64,000 bases of DNA from Candidatus Avigastranaerophilus sp. (GTDB lineage Bacteria > Muiribacteriota > Ozemobacteria > Ozemobacterales > Ozemobacteraceae), in assembly GCA_045599645.1 (NCBI GenBank), contig JAZRWI010000112.1:4566-68565 (forward strand). The letters are read 5' to 3'. This document shows, piece after piece, positions 47,344 to 57,026 of this stretch. The notes beneath the pieces are model-generated. The model did no database searches, was not told where the DNA came from, and was given only the letters and a program-made list of their open reading frames with translations. Position numbers and translations under genes: made by a program. Positions within the stretch are counted from its first letter, which is position 1, and every line of letters starts with the position of its first letter.

Positions 47344-50238
47344 TTATATACTATCGTGAGTTACCATAGACAGCAGCATTTCTGCCATTTCACCGCATTC
47401 TGCCCAATGTGACTTCATATTATCAATGTCTTTTACGTCACAAAGGAAAGCCAAAATCTGCTTTATCATTTCTCGCTTTTCCCAATAGCTTAAACCTATT
47501 TCGCTTTTTATATAATTCAATGCTGTAGCAGGTTTATTATCGTCTTTTATACCAGCATAAATGCCTGCAAAAACAATTCTTGTTATTGATTTTTCAAAAT
47601 CAGGTATTTCATTTATTGTTCTGGCACCTAATTCATAAGGAGTCTTCAACCTAGCAGTATTTGCCTTTTCGCTAGCCATTAACTGAGAATAGCCACCGAT
47701 AGAAAAACCACGTGCAAATTCCTGATAAGTACTTATTTGGTAATCGCCATGCTTTTCTGATTCCAAACCTTTAATATAGAATTTTTCAGAATTTGTTAGT
47801 TCCTTCCAAAGTAAACTTTCAAAATTTATAGGAATAACACAGTCATAAGCAATTTTCTTTGCATTTTCAATAATGGAAACAATCTTACTTCCAGCTGGAT
47901 TCTTTATAGCCTGATTTAATTCAAAATCCAAATCAAGGTCTTCTATTGAAGAATAAGAAGTCAAAACTTTTAAAGAAGCCGCATAAGCAGCCAATACATA
48001 ATCTGGGTCAGAAAAATTGGGTTCTTCTTTATCATCTAATTTCTGCATGCTATCAATTTGATTCTTTACTTCCGACCTTATATCAGCATTTATTTCATCC
48101 AAGAAAGCACAATCACTACCTGTCTGTTTTCTTAATACAAGCAATACAGTGCCTTTTACATAATTGCCTTTTTTAAGACCCGAAGCATCTGTTTCCGTTG
48201 CTATATTCCATGCTGCAGTAACCTTTAAACCTGCTTTCCACATTATAACCGCTAATTGTGCCCAAACGGCAGGGTCACTATGAGTAAACATAACAACTTG
48301 CATACCGTCATCAGGCATGTGTTTTGCAAGATTAGAATAAATTTCAATCATTGCATGAGAAAAATTATCATCACCTTTTATTGCCAAAATTCTCTTGCTA
48401 TCAGTATACCATTCCGGGAAAGCCTTTTTTAGTAATTCTTTGTCCCAAGCTAGAAAATATTCAGACAATTCATGATAATTAACTGCATCTGCATAAGGTG
48501 GATCCGTAACCCAAAAATCGCAATTATTATCTATATTTCTTGCATCAATTAGTTCTACCTCGCTAAATTTATTAGTATTATAACAATTTACTGACCAATT
48601 CCAAACTTCCCTTAGCATATAAAAACTACGCTCACCCCAATTAACCATGGGATTTAAAGCTTGATTGTAAAAAGTATTTGTCGAAATATCAACTGATGCA
48701 GCCCAGCTGCAGAGCTTTGAAGCAAAATCAGAACATTTATTTAAACCAAGTGCCCCAACTACAATAAACTTGGGGTCATCTGAATTTAAAATATATTTAT
48801 TTAATAAGCTTAAATAAAGCAAATGTCTTGCCCCAAACAATTGATGCCAATACTTCCAACCTCGTTCTCTGATAATCTGATCTGTATTATAACCACTTTC
48901 AATGCAAGAACTTGGAATGAGACCATCAAATTGCCAATCCTTCAAATTATCAGCAACAATACTCCTTATTTTTTCCTCATTCCTCAAATCAAATTCATCT
49001 GGTTTTTTATAATATCTACTTTTATCGTTTCGTAAATATCTTATCGCGTATAACCGTTCAGTGAATACATCATCATTCGAATAACAATATTCTTTTTGAT
49101 CTAGTTTTCTAATACCACTAATTATCTGACCATTTTCGTCCCACTTATCACCACGAATTTTATTAATGGGTGTCGTTTTTCCACAATTTGGACAAAATAC
49201 AATACCTTTGAAAAAGGTATGATTGTTCTCTGCTTTTTTAAAAGCCATTTCACTCACATTGGACAAAATTTCAATATCAAAACAATTTTTATTCTCATTC
49301 TTTTTCAATTCAAGAACAACTCTACCTGCTCTTTTACCTACCACAAAAGAAGATAATAACGGTATCTTTACTCCACATTCGGGGCAAATTGTTTCATTAC
49401 AAAATAAATAGCCTAAAGCTTGATGACCTTCATTACTTAAATCTATTCCCAACTCTTTTATATCTTTTTCAACTTTTGAATAAATATCATTTTGAAAATA
49501 ATGTATTTTATCTAATTCTTTATTAGAAACACCACATACATTTATGCTAGCCCAAGTAAGTAAACCTGCTATAGGATTTAAATCACTAGCCAAAGATTGA
49601 CACCCAATTCTCGCAGCTTCAAAAGGTATTGAGCCACCACCACAAAAACAATCACCAACTTTTACAGTATGACCAAATCTTTTTATAGATAATTCTTCAA
49701 CTAATTCGGGCAATGAATGTGCGCTAGTATGCAAATGTTGGTTAACTTCGTTCCAGGTTTGTTCACTTAAATTGTTGAGATGTTCAGGCCTCATGCACAT
49801 TGCTAACTTATCATCTATAGATAATGTTTCAAAGCAACTCTTTTCTATGTCTGTTCTTGGTGAATCTTTTTCTAATTTAACCTTACCTTTTTCATCAACC
49901 TTAAAAAACTTAAGATATTGATTAGACAACTTTTTATTGCTACGAACTATTTCATAAAGCTCTTTGAGAGTAAAATTCTTTTCCTTACGTAGCCAAAGTC
50001 CTTCTTTATCCATTGAAAGCAACTTTTGAAAGATTTCCATATCTTTCTTTGGATTATCAGAAGAAGGCATTAAGCAACCTAATATTGCGGCTCTTACCAG
50101 AATAAGAGGCTTTCTTCCCCACCAACGTCCCATTCCTGTTAATGTTTGACTTTGAACAGCTTTTCTTTCTTTATAGCTTTCTTTGCTTATTTTACTCACT
50201 GGAAATTGTTTTTCTATGAATGATATCTGATTATTCAT
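47344..50238 (-). CDS. DUF1156-type N6-adenine DNA methyltransferase (PglX-like; defence-operon gene 3)
   Basis: 964 aa; SAM motif I FCGGGSIPFEAARIG; catalytic motif IV DPPY (WVTDPPYADAVNY); N-terminus typical of DUF1156 proteins (QTLTGMGRWWGRKP). Confidence 0.75.
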   Translation of the reverse strand: MNNQISFIEKQFPVSKISKESYKERKAVQSQTLTGMGRWWGRKPLILVRAAILGCLMPSSDNPKKDMEIFQKLLSMDKEGLWLRKEKNFTLKELYEIVRSNKKLSNQYLKFFKVDEKGKVKLEKDSPRTDIEKSCFETLSIDDKLAMCMRPEHLNNLSEQTWNEVNQHLHTSAHSLPELVEELSIKRFGHTVKVGDCFCGGGSIPFEAARIGCQSLASDLNPIAGLLTWASINVCGVSNKELDKIHYFQNDIYSKVEKDIKELGIDLSNEGHQALGYLFCNETICPECGVKIPLLSSFVVGKRAGRVVLELKKNENKNCFDIEILSNVSEMAFKKAENNHTFFKGIVFCPNCGKTTPINKIRGDKWDENGQIISGIRKLDQKEYCYSNDDVFTERLYAIRYLRNDKSRYYKKPDEFDLRNEEKIRSIVADNLKDWQFDGLIPSSCIESGYNTDQIIRERGWKYWHQLFGARHLLYLSLLNKYILNSDDPKFIVVGALGLNKCSDFASKLCSWAASVDISTNTFYNQALNPMVNWGERSFYMLREVWNWSVNCYNTNKFSEVELIDARNIDNNCDFWVTDPPYADAVNYHELSEYFLAWDKELLKKAFPEWYTDSKRILAIKGDDNFSHAMIEIYSNLAKHMPDDGMQVVMFTHSDPAVWAQLAVIMWKAGLKVTAAWNIATETDASGLKKGNYVKGTVLLVLRKQTGSDCAFLDEINADIRSEVKNQIDSMQKLDDKEEPNFSDPDYVLAAYAASLKVLTSYSSIEDLDLDFELNQAIKNPAGSKIVSIIENAKKIAYDCVIPINFESLLWKELTNSEKFYIKGLESEKHGDYQISTYQEFARGFSIGGYSQLMASEKANTARLKTPYELGARTINEIPDFEKSITRIVFAGIYAGIKDDNKPATALNYIKSEIGLSYWEKREMIKQILAFLCDVKDIDNMKSHWAECGEMAEMLLSMVTHDSI

Positions 50239-50782
50239 TTTTTTCTTCTCCTAAATAATCCATAAGTAGTTGATTGAACTCGTTGACAGGGTTATCACAA
50301 AGAATAAATTTCAAAGCCATCCGCCAACCTCTTTTGTTGTTGTAAATGTCACCAGTACTGGCATTTGTCATGGTGTAAAGCCACCATCGTTCTTCGGGAG
50401 TTAAACCTAGCCAGTTTCTTATAGCTACTGGTATGCCTGCAACCTCATTATTTTCAATACCCCACAAAAGAATCATCAATTCTTTTCCCATTAATTTCTC
50501 TACAGGGGTTCCACCAACAACAAATTTACCAACAAGCTTCTTTTCTGCTTTCAGCCTGCTATTAAACTCAGCAGTAACATTCTTTACAACCTTTACCCAT
50601 CTTGAATAAGTTATTTTAAGCTTAAGAACATCTTTTTGTTCACTTATTTGTTGTTCACCTTCATGCTCCCAATGAAACCTTTCATAAATTTCAATATCTT
50701 TGCGCCCACCAGGATTAACAACATAAAAATGGTTTTCTGTTTCAGAAGGGTTAAAACCAAATCCAATGAATTCCTTTTTCAT
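50231..50782 (-). CDS. DUF3780-like small protein (defence-operon gene 2)
   Basis: 183 aa; overlaps both neighbours by 4-8 nt (translational coupling). Family call rests on size, position and recollection of the DUF499-DUF3780-DUF1156 gene neighbourhood. Confidence 0.5.
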   Translation of the reverse strand: MKKEFIGFGFNPSETENHFYVVNPGGRKDIEIYERFHWEHEGEQQISEQKDVLKLKITYSRWVKVVKNVTAEFNSRLKAEKKLVGKFVVGGTPVEKLMGKELMILLWGIENNEVAGIPVAIRNWLGLTPEERWWLYTMTNASTGDIYNNKRGWRMALKFILCDNPVNEFNQLLMDYLGEEKNE

Positions 50783-53700
50783 TGGATAATTTCTCCGTTC
50801 TTTTTCAGATTATCAAGATCAACCTTACTTAACTCTACCCAGTCATTAAAATTCTGACCTGTTCTGAAAATCAACTCTTTGTATTCAAAAGTTACGGTTG
50901 TATCTTTGCCTTCAAGGCTTGTTTCCCTGATTTTATCTATTAATTGCTGCAATATAATTGGTTTATATGCTACATTAGCGGCACATTCAACATAGGCAGC
51001 TTCATCCTGCTTATCATAAACATATATAGTAGTATTCTTAATTTGTAAACCGTCTATCTTACTGAGCAATTCTAATTCTTTATAGCTTGTTTCCGTATCC
51101 GATAACTGTTTCTTGCTTTTCATTTTGTAAACGAGTGTTTTGTTTACATCAACAGAAAAAACGGCTTCAGCGTCTTCGTTAGTTATCTCAATATCTCTAG
51201 CATCAATTACTTGGCCTTTAAACAAAGTAACAGTTCTTACATATTTACAGTCTTTGGGTAGAACTATTTCCCCATTATACAAGCCGCCATTTTCTTTGGG
51301 TTCACTCCCGTCGGTTGTATATCTAATTTCATAGTTATCATTAGCTTGTAATGTCAATACTCTGCCATTAGGCGTGGTTCTTTGTTCATATTTTGTTGGC
51401 GCCTTACATACAAACTCAACAACACGTCCGGTTTTTCTTTCTTTGTTCGGGTCGATGCACACAAAGTTTGCACAAGGTTCCTTTGTGACAAAAACACTGT
51501 CATTCAATTCTGTAGATGCTTCGGTTGGGTCAGCACCAACATCATAGTAAACACGGCCGCCAACACCTTTTACACGCAAAGTGAATTCCTGAGTCTTTTC
51601 ATCATAATATGTCTGCGTAACAGAAACACTGGTTGGTTCTTTTTCAAAAGGCCCCTTTACCAAATATCCACTGATTTCTCTCCATTTGTCCTTTTTAATA
51701 CAATCAGCACGCAAACTATCTAACTGATCAGGATGATACCATTGCCAAGAGGTTTCTGTTGCAGCTCTATCACAAATCTGTGAATAGGTCATTTCTTTTG
51801 TAGTAAAAAGACGTGCTTCACATTTCTTACGCATGGTTTCCAGGAAATTGTCATCCTTAGAAAATTCTTCGTATTTCATGTTGCTTTTTAAGAGTTTAAT
51901 AATCTGGTCTTCGCCATCAAATTTATTATCTTTAAACTCTAATTTAAAATCAGCTGAGGTAATCCCATTCTTGGTGGGATAATATAAGCTGACAAATGTT
52001 TCACGTATTGTTGAAAATAAGGCCTGTGTCGCTTTGTCTACCTGAGCTTCAGCTTCTTTATATTGCTGGTCCAGTGCTGAAATTCCTTCGCTTTTCATTG
52101 TTTCAATAATAGTTTTTATTGCCTTTAGCTTTTTACTATTAATGAAAAGCTTTTCCATTACACTTCGTTCCCCCGACAAGAACATTACTCTGTTTTTCTG
52201 TGACTTTCCGTTATAGAATTCCATCAATTCAGGATGTAATTTATTGCCAGGATATGGCTCGTAGATTACCAAAGATATTTTTTTATTATCTAAATTTATT
52301 TCATCAATTGCAGGCAAAACATATAACTGTTCATAGCATGTTTTTAATTTTGGACTGAAATTTTCACTCAAAATACCCTTTAATTCTTTTCTTGCATTAT
52401 CATTAGTATAAGAATCAATCAAGGTATTCATTTCTGCCACCATGTTTTTGGTGTTCTGAAAATACAAACGACCTCTATTATCTGTCTTGATATACCAACA
52501 AAGTGACTTTAATTCTTCTAAGCAACTCTTTACACTATCAATATCTACATCTGGAGCACTCATAAAGCCCAAAACTTCTGGTTCGGTTAAACCTAACAAT
52601 GCGTGATGTACTGTAGAAAGCGAAGAGACAAGAAGTAGTTTTGCTACTTGTTGCGCATTTTCACCTTTTTCTGGTCTATCGTAGTCAATCAATTCTGCAA
52701 CAGATTTCTTTGATTGAGAAATGTCATGGCTTATTGCTTCTTCCAATTCAGGTTTTATCTGCCTAAATATGGACATCATGTTTGGATTGTTAAGGTCGAC
52801 ATCGAAAACATTTATTAAATAAGATGTGTCTGCTTTTTTGCTTTCAAAAAACTGACGGACAATCTGGCGCATCAGTTTAATAAGACCACGTGTCTGTTGA
52901 AAATTCTGATTTTCTTTAAATCTTGCATATAACTCTTTTATAGAAGGGTGAAACGGGTATGAATCAATAATACCTTTATAAACTGCTTCACCTGTATATG
53001 ACGTAAAGCCTAGATTTTTAGATTTGGATACAGCTTCTTTAAAAGCAATTGCGATTTCATTTTTTTGCCCTGAATAATCAACAGGTATCGGATCGTCTTT
53101 AAATAAACGCTTACGTAAAATAGAATAAACTTCATCACTGTTTAGGGCAACAGGTGCTATTTCTAAGGCTACACGATTGGCTTCTCCTTCCAATTCTTTA
53201 AAGCTGGATTGAAGGAGTTCACTACCAGATTCATAAGCAGCCCTTAAATCAGAAAATACTAAACAAACGTTAGATAACTGCGCTTTGCCTAATGCACTGA
53301 ATAAATTAGCTAGGGCAGTCATTGTAACCTTGCTTAAATCAGAATTACCAATGGTAATTGAACGGGCATTTTCCAAGTAAGGTGGTAATTCGTCAAACAA
53401 AAGCAGAATTTTATCATTCTGTAATAAATTAATCCAAGACTTTTCACCAGGTGCTCTTAGTGGTGAATAATATTCACTAAACAATTCTTTTTTGCCGAGT
53501 TGTTCTGCTATACTACCCCAAATACCATATTCAGCATTTTCCCTTCCCGAGAAAGTTATAACCTTTATTTTTCCAATATCTTTGTATTTGGGCCCAAGTA
53601 TCTTTGTTCTTAATTCAACGTTTTCAGCCAACAAAGCCAATGCCAACATACTATGAGTTTTACCACCACCCATAGCCTGAGTTAATTTTATTACCCCAGT

Positions 53701-53895
53701 ATCTGATTCGCCTAAAAAACGTTTAAACGCAGTATCAAACAACATACCCATACCCTGAGTCTTATAGTTTTCAGAAAAGAATTTTTCAGCGTCAATTCTA
53801 CCTTCGCCATAGTCTGAAAGATTTAAAGTATCTTCTCTTGTTGTATCTTGGAAAACAGATTCACGGGGTTTAAGCATCTGAGCAATGGCTTTCAT
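50779..53895 (-). CDS. DUF499-family AAA+ ATPase (BrxC/PglY-like; defence-operon gene 1)
   Basis: 1038 aa; Walker A LTQAMGGGKTHSMLALALLA; Walker B LLLFDELPPYL; a large alpha-helical C-terminal region typical of BrxC/PglY-like proteins. Confidence 0.7.
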   Translation of the reverse strand: MKAIAQMLKPRESVFQDTTREDTLNLSDYGEGRIDAEKFFSENYKTQGMGMLFDTAFKRFLGESDTGVIKLTQAMGGGKTHSMLALALLAENVELRTKILGPKYKDIGKIKVITFSGRENAEYGIWGSIAEQLGKKELFSEYYSPLRAPGEKSWINLLQNDKILLLFDELPPYLENARSITIGNSDLSKVTMTALANLFSALGKAQLSNVCLVFSDLRAAYESGSELLQSSFKELEGEANRVALEIAPVALNSDEVYSILRKRLFKDDPIPVDYSGQKNEIAIAFKEAVSKSKNLGFTSYTGEAVYKGIIDSYPFHPSIKELYARFKENQNFQQTRGLIKLMRQIVRQFFESKKADTSYLINVFDVDLNNPNMMSIFRQIKPELEEAISHDISQSKKSVAELIDYDRPEKGENAQQVAKLLLVSSLSTVHHALLGLTEPEVLGFMSAPDVDIDSVKSCLEELKSLCWYIKTDNRGRLYFQNTKNMVAEMNTLIDSYTNDNARKELKGILSENFSPKLKTCYEQLYVLPAIDEINLDNKKISLVIYEPYPGNKLHPELMEFYNGKSQKNRVMFLSGERSVMEKLFINSKKLKAIKTIIETMKSEGISALDQQYKEAEAQVDKATQALFSTIRETFVSLYYPTKNGITSADFKLEFKDNKFDGEDQIIKLLKSNMKYEEFSKDDNFLETMRKKCEARLFTTKEMTYSQICDRAATETSWQWYHPDQLDSLRADCIKKDKWREISGYLVKGPFEKEPTSVSVTQTYYDEKTQEFTLRVKGVGGRVYYDVGADPTEASTELNDSVFVTKEPCANFVCIDPNKERKTGRVVEFVCKAPTKYEQRTTPNGRVLTLQANDNYEIRYTTDGSEPKENGGLYNGEIVLPKDCKYVRTVTLFKGQVIDARDIEITNEDAEAVFSVDVNKTLVYKMKSKKQLSDTETSYKELELLSKIDGLQIKNTTIYVYDKQDEAAYVECAANVAYKPIILQQLIDKIRETSLEGKDTTVTFEYKELIFRTGQNFNDWVELSKVDLDNLKKNGEIIQ

Positions 53896-53935
53896 AAACT
53901 CAATCCTTTATTTTTAGTTGTATTAGCCAAGCCCA

Positions 53936-53985
53936 TTAACTCAAAAGAGTTAATGAGCTTTATCATCTTAACTCTTTTGAGTTAA
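53936..53985. promoter_or_regulatory. Pair of mutually reverse-complementary 18-bp palindromes (TTAACTCAAAAGAGTTAA / TTAACTCTTTTGAGTTAA) in the divergent promoter between the defence operon and the XRE regulator
   Basis: 53936-53953 and 53968-53985; each is itself near-palindromic, and they are separated by 14 bp. Confidence 0.55.
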
Positions 53986-54037
53986 TTTTTGCAACAAAAA
54001 ATTGCCTATGATGTACCGTACATTGGAGAAAAACAAT

Positions 54038-54280
54038 ATGGACATAGGCGAAGCCGTAAAACTAAGAATACAAGAGCTTTTAGATGAGCGTAAAATTACA
54101 TTGAATCATCTAAGTTATTTATGCGGCATTACTCAATCCACGCTCAACAACATAATAAGCGGAAGAAATAAGGGTACAACCATTACTACAATAAAAAAGA
54201 TATGCGATGGTCTTGATATAACAATTATTCAGTTTTTTGAATCCAAGCTTTTTGAAAAATTAGACCAGGAAATCAAATAA
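54038..54280 (+). CDS. XRE-family HTH transcriptional regulator
   Basis: HTH_XRE signature ITLNHLSYLCGITQSTLNNIISGRNKGTTITTIKKICDGL. ATG at 54038 has a GGAG RBS; the ORF-track start at 54002 is a TTG. Confidence 0.7.
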   Translation: MDIGEAVKLRIQELLDERKITLNHLSYLCGITQSTLNNIISGRNKGTTITTIKKICDGLDITIIQFFESKLFEKLDQEIK

Positions 54281-54451
54281 CCAATAAGTTTAAATAGAAA
54301 AACACAAACCGAAACCTTGGGAGCCAAAAAGCCAAAGGCTTAATCGTTACTCCGCAACAATGGCAGAAAAGAATGTTTAGATTTTTGATTTGATTTTCGT
54401 TAAATTTTCGGCTATTTTAATATTGAATATTAAAATAGCCGGAGAATAGAT

Positions 54452-55675
54452 ATGTATATTTATAGGCATGTTGAGCCAACAATCAAAAAACTGGCAAAAA
54501 TGTTTGGCGCTGTTTTGGTCGCAGGGCCAAGACAAGTTGGGAAAACAACTACACTTAAAGTAGTGACCAAAAACATAAACTACATATCTCTTGATGATCC
54601 AATATTATTGGCCAGTGCCTTAGACACAACAATTACATTTTTTAAGGACAATCCCCCACCAGTCTTTGTAGACGAAGTTCAAAAGGCTGCCAACCTCTTT
54701 CCTCAGATTAAACTCTATATCGATGAAATCAAAAAAAAGGGATTGTTCTTTTTATGCGGTTCTCAGCAATTCCAAATGATGAAAAACGTAAGCGAATCTC
54801 TTTCCGGCAGATTAGGCCTAGTAACATTACTCGGTTTGTCAATGCGCGAAAAATACAACTGCAGATTTACCGATGCCTTTATTCCAACAGACGATTATTT
54901 TGCAAAACGACGTAAGCAATTCAAAGAAATCACTTATTCTGATGTATGGGAAAATATACACCGCGGTAGCATGCCTGAACTATACTCTAACCCGGATTTT
55001 GACTGGCAAATGTTTTATGGGGCATACGTCAGAACCTATATAGAACGTGACGTTAGAGAATTAGCCAATATTGGTGATGAAGTGAAATTCACCAGATTCA
55101 TGACAGTCTTAGCCTCAAGAACAGGCCAACTGCTAAACCTTAATTCAGTAGCCAATGATGTTGGAATAAGCCAGCCGACTGCTGACAGATGGCTATCTAT
55201 TCTTATTGCTTCCAACATAGTTTATTTGTTAAAACCCTATTACAACAATCTAACCAAGAGACTGATAAAAGCACCAAAACTTTATTTTCTAGATACAGGT
55301 CTTGCTGCATATCTTACGAAGTGGAACACCTCTGAAGTCTTAAGAAATGGAGCGATGGCCGGAGAATTCTTTGAAAGCTTTGTCATATCAGAAATTATTA
55401 AAAGCTATTACAATCAGGGAATCTTAGAACCACCTATTTATTTTTATCGAGACAAAGAAATGAAAGAAATAGACTTGCTCATAGAGCAGGGGGACACACT
55501 ATACCCCATAGAAATTAAGAAGCACGCTGACCCCACAGTTAAAGATATAGACAACTTCAAGGTTCTTGACAATATGAAAGGAATAAAGCGTGGTTCCGGC
55601 GGCGTAATATGCACCTATGACAAGCTTATAACCCTCAAGGGCAACGACCGAATAATCCCGATAACCCACATATAA
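54452..55675 (+). CDS. DUF4143-family AAA+ ATPase (copy 2)
   Basis: Walker A GPRQVGKTTT; paralog of 40403-41665 across the full length (shared FFE.....SEIIKS and LYPIEIKK motifs). Confidence 0.75.
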   Translation: MYIYRHVEPTIKKLAKMFGAVLVAGPRQVGKTTTLKVVTKNINYISLDDPILLASALDTTITFFKDNPPPVFVDEVQKAANLFPQIKLYIDEIKKKGLFFLCGSQQFQMMKNVSESLSGRLGLVTLLGLSMREKYNCRFTDAFIPTDDYFAKRRKQFKEITYSDVWENIHRGSMPELYSNPDFDWQMFYGAYVRTYIERDVRELANIGDEVKFTRFMTVLASRTGQLLNLNSVANDVGISQPTADRWLSILIASNIVYLLKPYYNNLTKRLIKAPKLYFLDTGLAAYLTKWNTSEVLRNGAMAGEFFESFVISEIIKSYYNQGILEPPIYFYRDKEMKEIDLLIEQGDTLYPIEIKKHADPTVKDIDNFKVLDNMKGIKRGSGGVICTYDKLITLKGNDRIIPITHI

Positions 55676-55804
55676 GCCAAGCCGAATCACATTATATCTT
55701 CAATCTGTAAATCAATTTCTGTATATTCCATAAAACCCATTAATCAATTAAGTCTTTAAACAACGTCAGAAGTTTCTAATTTATGCTAATTCCAGCAATT
55801 CTGT

Positions 55805-56182
55805 TCATAATGATTCTAGAAATTGTTTTAAGCGATAACGGTCTTCGTTTTCTTTATCGCCTTTAAAATATATTTCAACGAATGTTATTTTTAGAGCTTC
55901 TGGCTCAAAAACAAAAATAACTCTGATACCTGTTCGGTTACCGAGGTTTTTTAAGGCCATGCAAGCAAATTTTCTAACCTTCAAGGATTCATAATTTTCT
56001 GAACAATAACCTTCTATAGGAACAAAAGCTATAGTTGGAACACCTTTTAAATAATGAGTTTCAAGAGAATATTTTTTCATTATTTCGAAATCTTTTGGAA
56101 GTGTTCTAAATCTTTTTTGAAGCCGCTTGAAATCCTTTTCAAATTCTGGAATTGTAAAATAATGCAATTCTTTATTCGGCAT
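55805..56182 (-). CDS. Type II toxin (125 aa; RelE/ParE/HigB-like fold suspected), translationally overlapped with the upstream antitoxin
   Basis: Small basic ORF that overlaps the antitoxin stop by 11 nt. No definitive family motif is visible, so the toxin role is inferred from context. Confidence 0.5.
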   Translation of the reverse strand: MPNKELHYFTIPEFEKDFKRLQKRFRTLPKDFEIMKKYSLETHYLKGVPTIAFVPIEGYCSENYESLKVRKFACMALKNLGNRTGIRVIFVFEPEALKITFVEIYFKGDKENEDRYRLKQFLESL

Positions 56183-56933
56183 ATTCCCTCACAGAAGTAT
56201 CTGAATTTCTGTAGAAAACGGCTTCATAATCAATTATTTCTTTATCATTAGCACCAATCCAGGGAATATCTTTATGGGAATAATCAGATAATTCTTTGGC
56301 ACTTTTATGACCATATTTTTCTATGGTTTTATTTATGTGAGCAAGCTCTGTTCCTGAAAGGAAAGACAGATCTGCCTCAACTAACGGCAAATACTTAGTC
56401 ATATCGTGAGTGAATCTTTTTGTTTTTACAATTTCAATTTCTCCAGATTTTTCCATTTCCTTTGTCAGTCGAGCAAAATCTACAGGAGTAGGTCCAAAGG
56501 TATTTTTTATATAAACAAGCCCCATAAGCTGTTTTTCATATAATTCGTAAAAGTCAAAATCAATAAAGTAAAGAATCTTATATAAAACAGTCTGACCAAC
56601 ATTAGGTCTTGCACCTATTTTATTTATTATATAAAGAAATACCTGTTTAAATTTTTTGATATTATTAGAAGGGATGTTTATCCTAAAATCAATGTCTGTA
56701 GCATCTTCTTTGACAACATTATATTCAACCTGCTGTGGCAATTTATTATCAATTATACAACGATAATCGACTTCAAATAACCGTGATAAAGCCTTTATTA
56801 CATCAACAGTCGGCTTTGTTTCAAGATTTTCATATTTCAAATACGTCTGTCGTGAAACGCCTATTTTTTCAGCAACCTCACTCTGCTGCAAACCAGCTTC
56901 TTCCCTTAAGTTTTTTAAGACTGACTTAATCAT
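56172..56933 (-). CDS. XRE-HTH::DUF4065 (Panacea/SocA-like) antitoxin
   Basis: N-terminal HTH_XRE (LQQSEVAEKIGVSRQTYLKYENLETKPTVDVIKALSRLF); the C-terminal ~150 aa resembles DUF4065 phage-associated antitoxin domains. Confidence 0.6.
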   Translation of the reverse strand: MIKSVLKNLREEAGLQQSEVAEKIGVSRQTYLKYENLETKPTVDVIKALSRLFEVDYRCIIDNKLPQQVEYNVVKEDATDIDFRINIPSNNIKKFKQVFLYIINKIGARPNVGQTVLYKILYFIDFDFYELYEKQLMGLVYIKNTFGPTPVDFARLTKEMEKSGEIEIVKTKRFTHDMTKYLPLVEADLSFLSGTELAHINKTIEKYGHKSAKELSDYSHKDIPWIGANDKEIIDYEAVFYRNSDTSVREYAE

Positions 56934-56968
56934 GTTTCCCTCTTCCCCTTACTTTAAGTATAAGGAAA

Positions 56969-56984
56969 GTGACATTTATATGTC
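56969..56984. promoter_or_regulatory. Palindrome TGACAT-TTAT-ATGTCA upstream of the XRE-DUF4065 antitoxin gene (candidate autoregulatory operator)
   Basis: Perfect 6-bp inverted repeat 35 bp upstream of the antitoxin start codon, on the promoter side. Confidence 0.4.
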
Positions 56985-57026
56985 AACCAAAACTAACTTT
57001 TCATCATTAATATTATCAACGTATTT

